Part shown: one piece after another, positions 1-13,269 of the stretch
How positions within the stretch are numbered: position 1 is the stretch's first letter
Layout: every line of letters starts with the position of its first letter
NCBI GenBank assembly: GCA_964016885.1
Contig: CAXHJY010000519.1
Coordinates: forward strand, 62,001 to 126,000
Direction: 5' to 3'
Source of the DNA: Eledone cirrhosa
Taxonomy: Eukaryota
DNA length: 64,000 bases
Made by a program: the position numbers and the translations under genes
The notes under the pieces: generated by a model
The model's database searches: none
The model's input: only the letters and a program-made list of their open reading frames with translations
What the model was told of the DNA's origin: nothing

Positions 1-315
1 AACTCGTTTCCAACAGTTCATAACTTCAAAGCTAGATGGGGTTACTAGTTTATTGATATGTTGTTTGTCTATCATTCAGATACATGTTGTTAATAAATGT
101 TTGTTTAAAAAAAAATAGTCATTTTACATGCCACTAAGCATGTTGTCTGATGCTCTACCGATGCTGCCAAACAACATGTTTATCCATTCTTATAATACTC
201 TGTAATAACTTATTAAACATTTGATGACTTCTTAATCTGTGATGGGATAACCACAATTGAAACACCCAGCCTTTGACCAGAGGATGATTGGCTAAACAAC
301 AATTACAACACTGAC

Positions 316-1446
316 ACCACCACCACCACCACCACCACCACAAAGACCACCAGCACAACCAACAACAACACCACTACCATAACCACCAACAACAACAACA
401 CCCCCACCACCACCACCACCACCACTAACCCCCCCCCACACACTACCACCACTACCACCACCACAAACCACCATCACCACCACCACCAACACTACCATCA
501 CCACCACCACCAACAGTAACAACACCATCACCACCACCCCACCCCACCCCACCACTACAACTATCACCACCACTACCATCACCACCACCACCACCACCAC
601 CACCACCACCAACAACACCACCACCAACACCACCACCATCACTACCACCACTACCACCAACACCAACATCCCACCCACCAATACCACTATCACCACAACT
701 ACCATCACCACCACCACCACTATCACCACCACCACCACCAACACCAACACCACCAACAACACCACCAACAACACCACCAACACCACTACCACCACCACCA
801 ACACCAACACCAACACCACCAACACCACCACCACCACCACCACCACCCCTACCACTATCACCACCACCAACACCAACACCACCACCAACACCACCACCAC
901 CACCACCCCTACCCCTATCACCACCACCACCACCAACACCACTATCACGACCACCACCACCAACAACACCACCACCACCAACACCAACAACACCACCAAC
1001 ACTACCACCACTACCACCAACACCAACATCCCACCCACCAATACCACTATCACCACAACTACCACCACCACCACCACCACCAACACCAACACCACCAACA
1101 ACACCACCAACACCACTACCACCACCACCACCACCACCAACACCAACACCAATACCCCCCCCCCCCCCCCCCCCACAACTACCACCACCACCACCACCAA
1201 CACCAACACCACCAACATCACCACCAACACCACTACCACCACCAGCACCACCAACACCAACACCAACACCACCAACACCAACACCACCACCACCACCAAC
1301 ACCACCCCCACCACTACAACCACCAACACCAACACCACCACCAACACCACCACCACCACCACCCCTACCACTATCACCACCACCACCACCCCTACCACTA
1401 TCACCACTATCACCACCACCACCGCCACCACCAACAACACCACCAA
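316..1446. repeat. Degenerate (CAC/CAA)n trinucleotide array
   Basis: Continuous cac/caa/cta triplets; source of the poly-Val and poly-Gly ORFs. Confidence 0.95.
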
Positions 1447-1711
1447 CTCTATCCATTCTTACGAGATACATTATTATTGCTAAACGTTTGGTGTCTTCTT
1501 AATCCGGATTGTATTTGAGAAAAAGTCATTCTTTTATTTTTTAATTTTTTAGTTAATCTGCCTCCTTGAAATTGTGTTAGGGTGGCTGAACTGCAGTGTG
1601 AGCCTTACATACCACTGACGCACTGCGGTAGATTTACACATGCCATCTATAGACATGTGTAGGCATGAATGCGTGTCTGTATGATGTGTATGTATGAATG
1701 TGGGTTTGAAC

Positions 1712-1742
<31 letters not shown>

Positions 1743-1844
1743 TGTGTGTATAGTATTTATAGGTAATATATATTATGTGCGCATATATGTATATGTGCCG
1801 GTATGGAAAATTTGATGTAAAAACAAAGATGATGATTATATCAC

Positions 1845-1845
<1 letters not shown>

Positions 1846-1875
<30 letters not shown>

Positions 1876-2012
1876 GTTTAATGTCCATTTTCCACGCTAG
1901 CATGGGTCTGGACGGGAATTGTCCCACTTGAGGCAAGATTGGTTGTCTTGCTCAGGACTGTCTGGCGGGTTTTCTACGGCTGGATGCCCTTCCTAACACC
2001 AACCACGTTTAC
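1846..2012 (-). mobile_element. RTE-tailed retroposon 3' fragment (family B)
   Basis: (CAT)n tail, cgtttaatgtccattttccacgctagcatggg end and ctggatgcccttcctaacaccaacc module; ends at (TA)n. Confidence 0.75.
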
Positions 2013-2068
2013 ATATATATATATATATGGAGGAAGTTATAGTTCACTTGAAGCATTGTGTAATGAGG

Positions 2069-2228
2069 TATAAACGTTTGTAAATGTATAATAAAGCCAA
2101 AACAAGGACATTTAAATAAATCTAAGGTAAAAGACTAATTGTCAACAATATCTTTTGCATTTGCATTCTTTATTCTATGTCCATACCTGCATTGTTTTGG
2201 CTTTATTATACATGTACAAACGTTTATA
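2069..2228. repeat. Inverted repeat (about 37-bp arms) abutting (TA)n
   Basis: tataaacgtttgtaaatgtataataaagccaaaacaa versus ttgttttggctttattatacatgtacaaacgtttata. Confidence 0.85.
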
Positions 2229-2240
2229 TATATATAGATA

Positions 2241-2640
2241 CATCATCATCATCTTCGTCATCATCGTTTAACATCTATCTTCTACGCTAGCATGGGTTAG
2301 ACAGAAATTTTCCCATTTGAAGCAAGATTCGTCGGGTGAGCGTGTCTCGCTCGTATAGGACTGTCTGGCGGGTTTTCTACAGCTGGATGCCCTTCCTAAC
2401 ACCAACCACATTTACAGTATGGAACTGGGAGGTTTTTACCGCGTTACCTACATGGCCACATTACAGCGTGGACTGTGTGTTTTTTTGTCGTGACACCTAC
2501 ACAACCTCATTTGTTTCGGCCTGGATGTTGGTACCAACATAACTTTACATTGAAAGGGGTGGTGTGGATGGGTTGGGGGTAGTGGGACGGGGGTGTATTT
2601 TGTTAGAGAGGTGCCTACTGACTGTAGTAGGTTTTGTATA
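2241..2640 (-). mobile_element. RTE-tailed retroposon or RTE 3'UTR fragment (family B)
   Basis: Homologous to 17020-17435 and 26968-27310; (GAT)n tail; flanked by TA repeats. Confidence 0.75.
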
Positions 2641-3086
2641 TGTATATGTATATATGTATATACATATATGTGTGCGTGTATATATATATGTATATATATG
2701 TGTGTGTATATATATATATATACAAGTGGAAGCTTAGTAAAATCGAAGCTTTGGCTGCAGCCAAGCAAGTCAACCTACAATAAGGAATGAGTAGCAAAGC
2801 ACTCACTGAGGGTAGGTCCTTAGAGTAATAACATTACGTTTAGATAGCTTGACAAATTGAAAATTGCGCCAGGCAAAAACCAACCATACAATACCAAAAC
2901 AACGAAAAAAATTAATCAGGTTAAACAACAATAGTTTATTAAAGATCGTTTTCTAACAAGAAAACATACGTGTAGGTGAAGAAATTATTACAGCTCAAAA
3001 TATGAGATTTATTACAATAAACTACTCAGATGGCTAAATACAAAATCATACAGAGTTGTATGAAATCCTTATTTCAAGGTGTTTAA

Positions 3087-3525
3087 CCCTTTAGCATTTA
3101 CATTGGAGGCATATGGCTTAGTGGTTAGAGCATTGGTCTTGCAATCGAAAGGTTGTGAGTTCAATTCTCAGACCGAGTGATGTGTTGTGTACTTGAGCAA
3201 GACACTTTATTTCACATTGCTCCAGTTTACTCAGCTGTAGAAATGAGATGATAGGGACTGGGGTCTCTATCATTCCACTGCAAAGTGGTCGTGGAGGTGC
3301 CACGGCAAAAAAGCACCCAGCACTCACTGTAAATGAGGTTGGTGTTAGGAAGGGCATCCAACTATAGAAATCAAGCCAGAATCAGTTCCCGTCCCACCCT
3401 TGCAAGCAGGGAAAAAGCGGACGTAAAAATGAAATGATGAAATGAAATGATGATTACTCTATATATACTATTGTATTTTTGTGGGAAAGGATTTATCTCA
3501 TAATTATCTCACATAATATTGATTT
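3087..3525 (+). mobile_element. Partial TTAA MITE interrupted by a SINE
   Basis: ttaa-ccctttagcatttacatt start; resumes after the SINE with sequence matching 46228-46310. Confidence 0.7.
3104..3454 (+). mobile_element. tRNA-derived SINE (family A) with RTE 3' tail
   Basis: A box tggcttagtgg, B box gagttcaattc, tail cccgtcccacccttgcaagcagggaaaaagcggacgtaaaa(ATG)n identical to RTE 3' ends. Confidence 0.9.
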
Positions 3526-3598
3526 GGTATATATATAATATACTGTTTTTCTTATATATATACATATATCTTTTTATTTGGTTTATATATATATATAT

Positions 3599-3930
3599 GA
3601 ACGACCCAGCATAAATGTGTTGAGAGAGAAACTGTGTCTGAGAGGGATGGAATGTAGTGTACGGGAGAGGAGACTGAGGTGGTATGGACATGTGATACGC
3701 ATGGAGGATGACCGATGGGTGAAAAAGTGCCAGGAAATGCCAGTTGAAGGAAGACGTGGTAGAGGTAGACCACGAAAAACATGGGCGGAGGTGGTGAGAA
3801 CAGACCTCAGATCATTGAAGCTCACGGTGGAGATGACGAAGGACCGTGACGAGTGGAGAGATGCTGTGCTGAATAAGACCCGTCCCACCCTTGCAAGCAG
3901 GGAAAAGCGGACGTAAAATGATGATGATGA
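3599..3930 (+). mobile_element. 5'-truncated RTE LINE 3' end
   Basis: Encodes RRLRWYGHVIRM...GRRGRGRPRKTW...DRDEWR; (GAT)n tail; flanked by (TA)n on both sides. Confidence 0.92.
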
Positions 3931-3940
3931 TATATATATA

Positions 3941-4109
3941 CTGTATTTCCTGGCGTCTAAGACGCTACTTATTTCCTAAAATAAGTCTCAAAAATCTACT
4001 ATGCGTCCTGGAGGCCAAAGGTTGTCTATTATTTTTTATTCAAATTTTTGGTTGTCAAAATTATGGTGCATCCTTGAGGATGAAGCGTCTTCGGAGCTGG
4101 GAAATACAG
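3941..4109. mobile_element. Tc1/mariner (pogo/Tigger-like) MITE
   Basis: Imperfect TIRs ctgtatttcctggcgtctaagacgc / gcgtcttcggagctgggaaatacag, flanked by TA. Confidence 0.75.
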
Positions 4110-4574
4110 TATATATATATATATATGCTGGTATGTATATACATACACACTAGCACATACCAAAAGAGAGATGTATAGTTAGCATTAGTACATATACATT
4201 TACAGTTAAGTAGTGCTAAATAACAGACAATAAAAACTTTAAACATAAATGATAAAAAGTTGGACTAAAAAAACTGATTTAGTGTCAGCTAATAAAAAAA
4301 TTATATGTTCTCAGGCTAAGGTAAATTTTCAAACAGACCTCTTTAAAAGGAAAATAAAAATATATAACATAGACTACAGTAAAAAAATAACTGAAAACAG
4401 TACAAAATATAAGGTAAGATCTCATTACTCCCAGGGAATGTTAAATAAAATGTTTAAAATGTAAGGTAATAAATTAAACAGCAAAAATATTTCAAAACAA
4501 ATAAATGAGAGGAAAAGTAAGAAAAAATAAGAAAAATTAGAAAAATAATTTGGTAGTATTTATTTATTGGAATA

Positions 4575-5016
<442 letters not shown>

Positions 5017-5133
5017 AATTTATATCTAGTAACATTTATATACACACAGATGCATATCAATGCTAGCAAATATATAGGTTTTGTCTTATTAACATTGTGG
5101 TTCAATGCATGGGGTTGCAGAACAATAATATGA

Positions 5134-5236
5134 GAGACGTAAAATAAGAAAATTATAAAATTAACTTACTAAAAAATCACTTCCTGGAAGTGATTTTTTA
5201 GTAAGTAAGTTAATTTTATAATTTTCTTATTTTACG

Positions 5237-5240
<4 letters not shown>
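5134..5240. repeat. Near-perfect palindrome (about 51-bp arms, 1-nt loop) abutting (TA)n
   Basis: gagacgtaaaat...tcacttcc-t-ggaagtga...attttacgtctc, with one 4-bp duplication in the right arm. Confidence 0.92.
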
Positions 5241-5302
<62 letters not shown>

Positions 5303-6839
5303 ATAATAATAAATTTGAAGACTAAAATCCAAAGAGGGCTCGATAAGGATAAATATATATCAAATATATAAGAGAACCATAGAGCAAATATTTATATATA
5401 TATATATATATATATAAAAACATATGTTTATTAATTTGTTACAATGTGAAGTAAATACTTTTGCAGCTGGTCTATTATATTGTAATATTAACCCATTTCA
5501 TTGCCATATTACCAATAAAAGACACTGTCTATGATATTTGAATAGTCTTGAAAATAATCAAGAATTTAGAGGAATTTAGTAATATAACTAACTTTCTTCT
5601 TATTAAACTGGTATTTGGAACATAATTTAAAGGTTCTTATACGAAATAATAGTGGAATATTTTTAGATAAATATAAACACTTTAACCCTTTCATTACCAT
5701 ATTTCCTGTGAATGATATTGCACATGATTTTTGAATAATTTTGAAAATAATCAAGAATTTGGAGGAATTTTGTAATATACTTTATTGTTATTAAACTAGT
5801 GTTTGGAACATAACTTAATAGAGGTTCTTATAGATATTATGATAGCATAATTTAAAGGCTCTTATAAGAAATTATGAGGGTATGTTTTTAGATAAAAACA
5901 AACACTTCAAACCAATCAGGTTTATATCATAGAATCAGGAGCAGTTTCAGGTGGTTTAGTATATAAAAAAAAAGGGTTTGAAGCTTGAAATGATTTGCTG
6001 CACATGTATGCAGGAACCCCAAGAGAATCAAAACAACTTCTGTACATTCTAATCAAAGAATGGAAGAAAATCCATTGTGATTTGAACTCAAAACACAAAG
6101 GGGCTGTAACTAAATACCACAAAGCGTTTTGTCCGACGCTCTAACGACTCTGCCAATCTATCACACGTTATATACTAAGTAATAACAGAAAACAGAAAAG
6201 CAATTCATTATTTTCTCTGTGGCTGTGAACTACTTGCTAGGAAATGATTATGTTAAAAGGTATTATAATAACCAGATGGAAGAGAGGAACTATATTGGAG
6301 AAGGAAGAAAAGAAAACGTGCAATGATTCTAAATATCATATTCAGTCAAAATCAACACCTCCACCCCCAACCCAACCACAAAAAAGCAACCCCCTCCCTC
6401 CAAGGACCCCCCCCCCCCCAAAAAAAAAAAACCAAAGGTACCACTGCCAGAGGAACAAACGAGATTTAATTTTAGGAAATAATCAATAAAAGTAGGAAGT
6501 ATGTAGATTATTGATATGGTCCATTCTATTGAGAAAAAAATACAGAAAAGAAAAAGAAATCAGCAAAAGAAAGTACTAAAACTATAAATTACAGTTGTGT
6601 CTTTTGAATGGTTGAGAATAAGGAAAAATGGAATGGATCTCCACCAGTTTCTATGAGGAATATTTCATTTGTTTAATCAACAGAACAGCCTGTTCATGAA
6701 ATTAACATGTAATTGGCTGAGTATTCCATATAAACATGTGTACCCTTAACGTAATGCTCAGGGAGATTCGGAATGACACAATATGTGACAGTATGTGCAC
6801 CTGAGCACTGTACACAATAATTTCATTATTATTATTATT

Positions 6840-7030
6840 CAGTATCGGTAGAGGGTCGGACGCCATGATTAGCAGAATAGAGTCACGGCCCTTTATGGTC
6901 TGAGTTCAAATCCCACTGAGGTTAACTTTACCTTTTATGCTTACGGGGTCGATAAAATAAAGTACCAGTAATACACTGGGATAGTTGCTGGCCTTGTGCC
7001 AAAAGTAGAAACAATTATTATTATTATTAT
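6840..7030 (+). mobile_element. SINE family C (about 190 bp, (ATT)n tail)
   Basis: Core gagttcaaatccc...ggggtcgataaaataaagtaccagt...agtagaaacaattatt, present in more than 15 copies in the window. Confidence 0.85.
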
Positions 7031-8662
7031 AAGACTGGCTCTTTGAATTACAGATACAATCTATATCTATTACAATATAAGTGGCTGAGCATCCCACAGC
7101 CAAATATACCCTATACATGATTCTCAGAGAGATTCAGCATAACACAGTATGTGACAAGACTAGCTCTTTGAATTCAGATACAATCTATATCTATTACAAT
7201 ATAAGTGGCTGAGCATTCCACAGCCAAATATACCCTTAACATGATGCTCAGGGAGATTCAGCATAGCACAGTATGTGACAAGACTAGCTCTTTGAATTCA
7301 GATACACTCTATATCTATTACAATTTTTACAGTGGCTGAGTATTCCAAAGCCAAATTTACCCTTAACATGATGCTCAGGGAGATGCAGCATAGCACAGTA
7401 TGTGACAAGACTGGCTCTTTGAATTCAGATACACTCTATATCTATTACAATGTAAGTGGCTGAGTATTCCACAGTCAAATATACCTGTAACATGATGCTC
7501 AGGGAGATTCAGCATAGCACAGTATGTGACAAGACTAGCTCTTTGAATTCAGATACACTCTATATCTATTACAATTTAAGTGGCTGAGTATTCCAAAGCC
7601 AAATATACCCTTAACATGATGCTCAGGGAGATTCAGCATAACACAGTATGTGACAAGACTAGCTCTTTGAATTCAGATACACTCTATATCTATTACAATT
7701 TTTACAGTGGCTGAGTATTCCAAAGCCAAATTTACCCTTAACATGATGCTCAGGGAGATGCAGCATAGCACAGTATGTGACAAGACTGGCTCTTTGAATT
7801 CAGATACACTCTATATCTATTACAATGTAAGTGGCTGAGTATTCCACAGTCAAATATACCTGTAACATGATGCTCAGGGAGATTCAGCATAGCACAGTAT
7901 GTGACAAGACTAGCTCTTTGAATTCAGATACACTCTATATCTATTACAATTTAAGTGGCTGAGTATTCCAAAGCCAAATATACCCTTAACATGATGCTCA
8001 GGGAGATTCAGCATAACACAGTATGTGACAAGACTAGCTCTTTGAATTCAGATACAATCTATATCTATTACAATATAAGTGGCTGAGCATTCCACAGCCA
8101 AATATACCCTATACATGATGCTCAGGGAGATTCAGCATAACACAGTATGTGACAAGACTAGCTCTTTGAATTCAGATACAATCTATATCTATTACAATAT
8201 AAGTGGCTGAGCATTCCACAGCCAAATATACCCTATACATGATGCTCAGGGAGATTCAGCATAGCACAGTATGTGACAAGACTAGCTCTTTGAATTCAGA
8301 TACACTCTATATCTATTACAATGTAAGTGGCTGAGCATCCCACAGCCAAATATACCCTATACATGATGCTCAGGGAGATTCAGCATAACACAGTATGTGA
8401 CAAGACTAGCTCTTTGAATTCAGATACACTCTATATCTATTACAATTTTTACAGTAGCTGAGTATTCCAAAGCCAAATTTACCCTTAACATGATGCTCAG
8501 GGAGATTCAGCATGACACAGTATGTGACAAGACTGGCTCTTTGAATTCAGATACACTCTATATCTATTACAATTTAAGTGGCTGAGTATTCCAAAGCCAA
8601 ACATACCTTTAACATGATGCTCAGGGAGATTCAGCATGACACAGTATGTAACAAGACTGGCT
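7031..8662. repeat. Minisatellite, about 13 units of 124 bp (127-bp variants)
   Basis: gtgacaagac recurs at 7151, 7275, 7402, 7526, 7650, 7777, 7901, 8025 and onward; unit related to the SINE-like sequence at 6681-6790 and 40950-41090. Confidence 0.95.
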
Positions 8663-8927
8663 TCCAAACATATTTCACTGACAATGTTTGGTTCAACTGG
8701 AGGCAGGGGCAGATAGTACTTGCTCAAGGTACCATGCAATAAGATTGAACCTTTGACTTGATGATTATGAAGTGAAAATTTCAAGTATTCAACTATGTTG
8801 CAGCATCAAAAGAGAAGTAGAAAAGGTTGTGTAAAATTGTGATTGATGGTTTAGTTGAAGCTGGGTAAAGTAAATAGCAGAGGAAATAAGTATTCACAAT
8901 TGGTGAATTGGTAGGTCTGGCTTTTGC

Positions 8928-9548
8928 CTGCTATTGGTATGTAACCCAGTACAACCTGCTTTATGGTTGAGTCTAAAATCTCTCAGGTCAGGCTTCTGCC
9001 TTTTACTGGTACCATGTAAACCAGTACAACCTGCTACTGGTACCATGTAAACCAGTACAACCTGCTACTGGTACCATGTGACCCAGTACAACCAGCTACT
9101 GGTACCATGTGACCCAGTACAACCTGCTACTGGTACCATGTGACCCAGTACAACCTGCTACTGGTACCATGTGACCCAGTACAACCAGCTACTGGTACCA
9201 TGTGACCCAGTACAACCTGCTACTGGTACCATGTGACCCAGTACAACCAGCTACTGGTACCATGTGACTCAGTACAACCAGCTACTGGTACCATGTGACC
9301 CAGTACAACCTGCTACTGGTACCATGTGACCCAGTACAACCAGCTACTGGTACCATGTGACCCAGTACAACCAGCTACTGGTACCATGTGACCCAGTACA
9401 ACCAGCTACTGGTACCATGTGACTCAGTACAACCTGCTATTGGTACCATGTGACCCAGTACAACCAGCTACTGGTACCATGTGACATAGTACAACCAGCT
9501 ACTGGTACCATGTGACCCAGTACAACCTGCTTTATGGTTGAGTCTAAA
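8928..9548. repeat. 31-bp minisatellite (about 17 units)
   Basis: Unit tactggtaccatgtgacccagtacaacc(t/a)gc. Confidence 0.95.
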
Positions 9549-9549
9549 G

Positions 9550-9835
9550 TCTCTCTCGAGCCCAAAGGCTCATCAGACCAGGGCTAATTCTGGTTTCCAT
9601 AGCATTAAGTGACTGAGAGTACAAGACTCCTCCTCCCCCTGGACAGGATGCCAGTCCATCACAGGGTTAAACCCTCAGCTATTACTGGTACTCATTTTCA
9701 GCTGAGTATACTGGAGCAATCACAAATGATGTGTTTTGTTCATGAATACAACACACAACCCAGTCCAGGAATCGATCCTACGATATTGTTGGATCGTAAG
9801 TCCAACAACCCTTATCACTAGACCATGCACCTTCA
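9550..9835 (-). mobile_element. SINE family D
   Basis: Homologous to 55930-56185 (+) and 58165-58437 (-); tRNA-like head. Confidence 0.75.
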
Positions 9836-10454
9836 CTTCATAGTCAAGTCCCTTTCTTGTGAGGGGGGTAAGTGGAACCCCAGAACATAAAGAGCTGGAC
9901 CTAAACTAAACACCACAGGGCATTTTGTCCGGAGCTCTGAGAAGAAGGAGAAAAAGGATAATAATGTGGTAGTGGTGGTGGTGGTGGTGGGGTGGTGGTG
10001 AAAATGATAAGGATGATTACGGCGATAGCAATAATAATAATTGTTTCTACTTTTGGCACAAGGCCAGCAATTACCCCAGTGTATTACTGGTACTTTATTT
10101 TATCAACCCTGTAATAATTGTTTCTACTTTTGGCACAAGGCCAGCAATCACCCAGTGCATTACTGGTACTTTATTTTATCGACCCCGTAAGGATGAAAGG
10201 CAAAGTTAACCTCAACGGGATTTGAACTCAGACCGTAAAGGGACGTAACTCTATGCTGGAAAGCATGGCGTCCGACCCTCTACCGATACTGCCAATGATG
10301 AGGATGATGATAAAGAAGATGAGAATGAAGATGAGGATGACAATGATTACGATGATGATTATGTTGGTGATGATAATAATATAGCCTTGGAGGTTAAGTC
10401 AAGAATGACTATGATGGTGGCCAAGACCAAATCAGAAGACACAATATTGACATA

Positions 10455-10648
10455 ATAATTGTTTCTACTTTAGGCACAAGGCCAGCAATTACCCCAGTGC
10501 ATTACTGGTACTTTATTTTATCGACCCCGTAAGGATGAAAGGCAAAGTTAACCTCGGCGGGATTTGAACTCAGACCATAAAGGGCCGTAACTCTATACTA
10601 CAAAGCATGGCATCCGACCCTCTACCGATACTGCCAACCCACCGCCCG
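10455..10648 (-). mobile_element. SINE family C
   Basis: Full reverse-complement copy; another copy lies at 10040-10296. Confidence 0.88.
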
Positions 10649-10790
10649 ATATTGACATAATAATAATATGTAATTGGAAGACAGTTCATCAGTCTGCACC
10701 TATGAATTAAATATGAGTTTGTTATCACCAATATTACAGACATACAATTTTGAAGATATCTTATGTAGGTACACATACTAAGTTGTTCTT

Positions 10791-10830
<40 letters not shown>

Positions 10831-10953
10831 GGAGGTGAGTTTTGTTGTAGTACAATAAAGCAATGCAGATATCGGATAAGTAGCACTCTACAGTTTGTAG
10901 GACTGGAGTATAAATAATATAAGATCAAAAGATGGTTAAAAGAGTTCCATGTA

Positions 10954-11020
10954 TTTTATTATGCGCATTTCAAAAACAAATATCATCATGCGATGACATT
11001 TGCGTTTTCGTCAGATAAAA
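10954..11020 (-). ncRNA. Type I hammerhead ribozyme
   Basis: TTTTAT-CTGACGA-stem II-GAAA-TGCGCA-TA-ATAAAA; palindromic stem III. Confidence 0.8.
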
Positions 11021-11125
11021 TAGGTTAAAAAACACTTGTGAATAGAGCAGTTTTAAATCAACATATGTTGATTTAAAACTGCACTATTCACAAGTGTTTT
11101 TTAACCTTCATATCATGTCTCCCTA

Positions 11126-11192
11126 TTTTATCTGACGAAAACGCAAATATCATCGCATGATGATATTTGTTTTTGAAATGCACATAATAAAA
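11126..11192 (+). ncRNA. Type I hammerhead ribozyme
   Basis: Stem I TTTTAT/ATAAAA; core CTGACGA; stem II GCAAATATCATC/GATGATATTTGT; GAAA-TGCACA-TA. Confidence 0.8.
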
Positions 11193-11279
11193 TACATGGA
11201 ACTCTTTTAACCATCTTTTGATCTTATATATATATATATATTGGTAAATGTGTGAATTCCTTGGTACAGTCAGGTATAA

Positions 11280-11444
11280 TTTAAAAAAGGAAAAGAATGA
11301 CTTCACTTGTAGTTCTAAACAATGTAATTTTATGATATTATAATTTTACATTTTGGTTTGGTAGATGTAGTAGATCTACCAAATTATAATATAAAATTAA
11401 ATTGTTTAGAACTACAAGTGAAGTCATTCTTTTCCTTTTTTAAA
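11280..11444. repeat. Inverted repeat between (TA)n tracts
   Basis: tttaaaaaaggaaaagaatgacttcacttgtagttctaaacaat and its exact reverse complement at 11401-11444. Confidence 0.9.
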
Positions 11445-11457
11445 TATATATATATAT

Positions 11458-11733
11458 CATCATCATCATCATCATCATTATCATTTAACGTCCGCTTTTC
11501 CTGCTTGCAAGGGTGGGACGGGAACTGATTCTGGCTTGATTTCTACAGCTGGATGCCCTTCCTAACACCAACCTCATTTACAGTGAGTGCTGGGTGCTTT
11601 TTTGCCGTGGCACCTCCACAACCACTTTGCAGTGGAATGATAGGGACCCCAGTCCCTATCATCTCATTTCTACAGCTGAGTAAACTGGAGCAATGTGAAA
11701 TAAAATGTCTTGCTCAAGGAAACAACACATCAC
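11458..11733 (-). mobile_element. SINE family A, head truncated
   Basis: Matches the body and RTE tail of 3104-3454. Confidence 0.85.
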
Positions 11734-12413
11734 ACATATATATATGAATTATTTCTGTAGGAAGGGTAAAGGAATAGTTGTCTTGTGTTGTTTATTAAAT
11801 AACTATATATATAACTTTATGTACAATGTTAATATGGTGGTAATTGAGGAAATGTGATATTGATATTGCAAAAATTAAAGATTTGCAATATTGTTATTCT
11901 GGAAATAAAGAATTCTGAATTCCTCATCACATCTTACTGAATTTACATTATCCCTTTTGATAGCAACCAGTTCAAAACAACCCCTGTTTCTATGAAACAA
12001 AATCACTCATTTTAAGGGGTTCTTATTTAACACTTTTGATATAAATCTGTTCAATCCCCACTCCTCAGTTTCTATGAAATAAAACCACCAATTTTACAGG
12101 GTATCTATTTAACTCTATTGATAAACCCATACGTACATATGTATATGTGTGCATGTATGTATGTATATATATACTACTGTACGTCTGTATACATATGTGC
12201 ATATATGTATGTATCTATACATACTTATATTTAAGTATCAGCCGTACTAAGAGTGAGAAATGAAATTTCATTTTTTCCATCTATTGATATCAACTTACCT
12301 AAAACGACCTCTATTTCTATGAAACAAAATCATCCATTGTAAAGGCTCCCTACTTAATTTTTTTGATATCAACCTGTTCAAAACCACCTCTCATTTTAAA
12401 AGAGTTCCTACTT

Positions 12414-12617
12414 ATATGCATTTGTTGTTGATATTGGAACGATCTCTTCAGATAAATATCCGTTTATGTGATATGCTGTAGGCAAAAACAAACATATCTT
12501 TTTTCTTGCGTGTCTGGCAAGCAAGAAGAAAGACACGTTTCCTTTTGCCTACAGTATATCACATAAATCAATATTTATCTGAAGAGATGTTTCCTATACC
12601 AACAACAAATGCATATA
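12414..12617. repeat. Diverged inverted repeat overlapping a hammerhead
   Basis: atatgcatttgttgttg...tgtaggcaaaa versus ttttgcctacag...caacaacaaatgcatat. Confidence 0.8.
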
Positions 12618-12671
12618 TTATATTACATCTGGGATTGCATAAGGGAACCATTGAAATAATTATAATGAATA
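12572..12671 (+). ncRNA. Type I hammerhead ribozyme with long stem II insert
   Basis: TATTTAT-CTGAAGA-G-ATGTTTCCT...AGGGAACCAT-T-GAAA-TAATTA-TA-ATGAATA. Confidence 0.6.
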
Positions 12672-13269
12672 AACGATTTATGTAATATCAACATCTTTTT
12701 TTATGTTATTCTTATATTGAATCCATCGTAACTACACACTATGAATGTAGAGAGCTTTTGCCTGCTTACTCCTGGTTTTCACCAAAACAATTTTTACTGT
12801 ACACACATATATATATACATGCAGTAAAAAAAAAATGTATATATATATATATATATATATAATCACCTGTGTGTGTGCTTATGTTTTTGTAGATTTCTTT
12901 AGGCCAACACTTTAATCAAAAACCATGCTTGTTCAATACAAAATTCTTGCCTCATGATAGTAAAGAAGTTTTATTCTATTAAAACCAACAGACATGCAAT
13001 TAAGTTTACTTCTTTCTTTCTTTCTTCTTTCTTTGTTTCTTTTCTGTTTTTCCTGTTTATTATTTCTATCTTTTTAATGTAAATTAATACACAGGCTGTA
13101 TGTGGCATCTGTCTGATAAATAGTGGACAAAACATCACTTACTGTTTAGCCATGTCTGAAATTCTGCTCAAGTGGAACTTTATCTTTCCTCATTCAGTAA
13201 AAGATTTAATGGACGAAAACATAAGAAACCATTATTATCATCACAGATCTGCATATCTAATATGAAGTT

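Larger units (their letters stand above)
10918..11228. mobile_element. Loop-less palindrome carrying two hammerhead ribozymes; Penelope-like pLTR-type module
   Basis: Arms of about 150 bp centred on acat|atgt (11064/11065); right end joins (TA)n. Confidence 0.75.

Noticed and set aside
292-1471. Gly-rich and Val-rich ORFs of 339-384 aa
   Set aside because: Translations of a stop-free CAC/CAA array, open in several frames
3104-3180. SINE heads as tRNA genes
   Set aside because: No complete cloverleaf or acceptor stem, and they continue into SINE bodies
7031-9548. CRISPR-like arrays
   Set aside because: Pure tandem repeats without variable spacers, in a eukaryotic context
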